NCBI GenBank assembly: GCA_040771805.1
Contig: JAXGZJ010000001.1
Coordinates: 1,295,961 to 1,359,960 of the forward strand
DNA from: Methanofastidiosum sp.
GTDB taxonomy: Archaea > Methanobacteriota_B > Thermococci > Methanofastidiosales > Methanofastidiosaceae
DNA: 64,000 nucleotides
Direction of reading: 5' to 3'
The notes beneath the pieces were generated by a model, which was not told the origin of the DNA, did not search any database, and saw nothing but the letters and a program-made list of their open reading frames with translations. The position numbers and the translations under genes are program-made. How positions within the stretch are numbered: the stretch's first letter is position 1; each line of letters starts with the position of its first letter. Positions 62,147 through 64,000 of the stretch are shown here, in pieces.

Positions 62147-63778
62147 ATGAAAAAACTAAAACTAAAACTGATTGCAATGTCTCTACTTTTCTTAATGACT
62201 ATACACGTAATTGGTATAATGGGTGAAGAAAAAATTGATGAAACTCTATGCTACCCTATACCAGATACTGTTAGAAGCTTATCTTTAGTATCAAATGGAT
62301 TTTATACAGCTGCTGCAGGGGTAGGTGAAAATCCAGAGATATTTATTACAGACCCATACGGAGTTGTTTGGGCATGTCCAAAAAGAGCATTATCAATTTT
62401 ATTAACTTCCGATGGTAAATATACAGTTGTCGGAATGTATGATGGAGTTGAGTTATATGATAACTCAAATGCAGTAGACACAACTATTACAAAAACAATA
62501 ATAAGAATACAATCTACAGGCCCCCCCTTTACGCATGTTTTACCTTCAAGAACTATAGAAATAGATCAAACAGAAAGAACTTGCAATCCTTTATGGAAAT
62601 ATATTACTAAGGAAGAAGTAAGAATAATATCCGTATCTGATACAGCGTCACATATTCTTGCTGCATCTGGAGACACGCTTTACGTAATTGACAAACAAGG
62701 CAAACTTATTTGGAAATATAGCCTAAATAGTAAAGTAACTGACACTGGAATAGCTGGAAGGTATATAGTGACAAGTTCTCAAGACACAGTGTATTTTTTT
62801 AATACTACAGGAGACTTATTATGGACTTACAGGGTAAATGGCATTCCTGAAAAGTTAGTTTTAAGTATGATGGGCCCATTTGTTGGGGTTGGAACAAACT
62901 CTGGAAATGTGTATCAAATTGACAAAAACGGTGTACTTGTATTTAATTATAAGCACAATAAAAGTATCAAGGGACTTTCTATCTCAAATTCGGGAAGTTA
63001 TTTAGTAGCAGGATCAACTGACGGGCATATATTATTCTTCAACAATAAAGGAACAAAGTTGTGGTCATACAAAACTAATGGAGAAGTTAACTATGTTGAT
63101 ATTTCCTCTCAAGGCCAATATATTGCTGCTGGAGCTGACAGGGACAGCTATTACTTATTTAATTGGAATGGACAAAAAATGTGGACAAAAACAAACCCTG
63201 AAAATTATTTCTGGTCCATACAAGTACAAGATGATGGAAAAGGATTGTTCGCAGGTTCTGGCAAGTACATGGGTGGCAACTTAGAAATGAAACTTAGTAA
63301 CAATGTTTGTTTCTTCAATACAGAACAATTTGCAATGGCGGGTGATGCACCTGACAAAAACGTACATACCATACCCACAGAATCTACACAAACTCCCCTC
63401 CAAACAACAAATATCTCCCCCATTGCAAATGCCGGAAACGATTTTGAAACAAAAGTAGGCGAAGCAGTTAGATTTGACGGAACAAAGTCAGTTGACGAAG
63501 ATGGAAATATCGTATCATATCATTGGGATTTTGGGGATGGAAAAACTTCAATTGATCCAAAACCACTTCATCAATATACCTCAGCAGGAGTATACAAAGT
63601 AACACTTATGGTGACAGATGATAAAGGGAGTAAAGGGGAAGACGTTCTTTACGTAACAGTTAAAGAATCACATACCCAATCCCCTGCAAAAGGAGTTCCA
63701 GGATTTGAATTACCTGCATTGCTTGGGGGCTCTATAGTCGCTTATTTTGTTCTATCACGAAGGAATAGGGACAAATAG
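62147..63778 (+). CDS. Secreted PQQ-like beta-propeller + PKD domain protein with PEFG/PGF-CTERM-like C-terminal anchor
   Basis: Signal peptide, repeated PQQ-like blades (e.g. SGDTLYVIDKQGKLIWKY), a PKD domain (WDFGDGKTS...YKVTLMVTDDKG) and the C-terminus PAKGVPGFELPALLGGSIVAYFVLSRRNRDK. Confidence 0.75.
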   Translation: MKKLKLKLIAMSLLFLMTIHVIGIMGEEKIDETLCYPIPDTVRSLSLVSNGFYTAAAGVGENPEIFITDPYGVVWACPKRALSILLTSDGKYTVVGMYDGVELYDNSNAVDTTITKTIIRIQSTGPPFTHVLPSRTIEIDQTERTCNPLWKYITKEEVRIISVSDTASHILAASGDTLYVIDKQGKLIWKYSLNSKVTDTGIAGRYIVTSSQDTVYFFNTTGDLLWTYRVNGIPEKLVLSMMGPFVGVGTNSGNVYQIDKNGVLVFNYKHNKSIKGLSISNSGSYLVAGSTDGHILFFNNKGTKLWSYKTNGEVNYVDISSQGQYIAAGADRDSYYLFNWNGQKMWTKTNPENYFWSIQVQDDGKGLFAGSGKYMGGNLEMKLSNNVCFFNTEQFAMAGDAPDKNVHTIPTESTQTPLQTTNISPIANAGNDFETKVGEAVRFDGTKSVDEDGNIVSYHWDFGDGKTSIDPKPLHQYTSAGVYKVTLMVTDDKGSKGEDVLYVTVKESHTQSPAKGVPGFELPALLGGSIVAYFVLSRRNRDK

Positions 63779-63824
63779 TTAGCTTTATATTTTTTTCTTT
63801 CATTTTTCCATACTAGGTGGTATA

Positions 63825-64000
63825 ATGTTTCCAAAGATGGATCAAAGGAAAATGCAAAAAATGATGAAACAAATGGGGGTATCTACTAAAGATATTCCGG
63901 CAGAAAAAGTAATTATTTTTATGAAAGATAAAAAACTTATCTTTGATAATCCACAGGTTACTGAAACTACAATGATGGGTCAGAAAACCTATCAACTTGC
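63825..64000 (+). CDS. nac: Nascent polypeptide-associated complex protein (NAC alpha), 5' partial at window edge
   Basis: MFPKMDQRKMQKMMKQMGVSTKDIPAEKVIIF... matches the archaeal NAC N-terminus. TATA TTTATAT at 63784-63790 and SD AGGTGG lie upstream. Confidence 0.75.
   Translation, partial: MFPKMDQRKMQKMMKQMGVSTKDIPAEKVIIFMKDKKLIFDNPQVTETTMMGQKTYQL

Noticed and set aside
63813-63995. 60-aa minus-strand ORF at the window end
   Set aside because: It is antisense to a clear NAC alpha N-terminus (MFPKMDQRKMQKMMKQMG...) preceded by TATA and SD.
1-64000. Mobile elements, integrases, transposases, prophage or defence islands
   Set aside because: No ORF shows integrase, transposase, Cas, RM or toxin-antitoxin motifs. 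Gene content is housekeeping, transport and metabolism throughout.

Overview
This is an AT-rich (~30% GC) archaeal chromosomal segment, densely coding on both strands (about 90%). Informational genes are clearly archaeal: ribosomal proteins L15e and S8e, an archaeal histone, the NAC alpha subunit, RNase P protein Rpp30, RNase HII, aTrm56 and a tRNA-Val(UAC). The gene content is most consistent with an ammonia-oxidising thaumarchaeon (Nitrosopumilales-like), although this cannot be proven from the window. The supporting genes are a two-subunit 2-oxoacid:ferredoxin oxidoreductase, a cofC-cofD F420 biosynthesis pair, many DtxR regulators, a KaiC-like ATPase, and a PQQ-like beta-propeller + PKD protein with a PEFG/PGF-CTERM-like C-terminal anchor. 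The rest is housekeeping and accessory: aconitase plus isocitrate dehydrogenase, HisG, an Mrp/NBP35 protein, MsrA, rubrerythrin, a ferredoxin, an M1 aminopeptidase, and many transporters (ABC-2 exporter, amino-acid ABC importer, Tro/Znu-like metal ABC importer with a NikR-like regulator, FeoB, MFS, SNF, AGCS, MATE, EamA, LysE, NhaD/ArsB-like). I found no CRISPR array, integrase or transposase. The most notable loci are: a tightly packed minus-strand run nitroreductase-cofD-cofC / DtxR-feoB-DtxR; a bona fide HypE homologue with no hydrogenase partners in view; a cluster of small proteins downstream of the histone (39053-40052), preceded by an unannotated 55-aa TRASH zinc-finger ORF at 38889-39056 (TRASH-membrane-PRC-barrel-membrane); a 1.35-kb gene-free AT-rich island at the window start with a decayed DUF1801 gene and clustered ATTGCA motifs; and a probable A8 homopolymer frameshift in a membrane-protein gene at ~15.8 kb.
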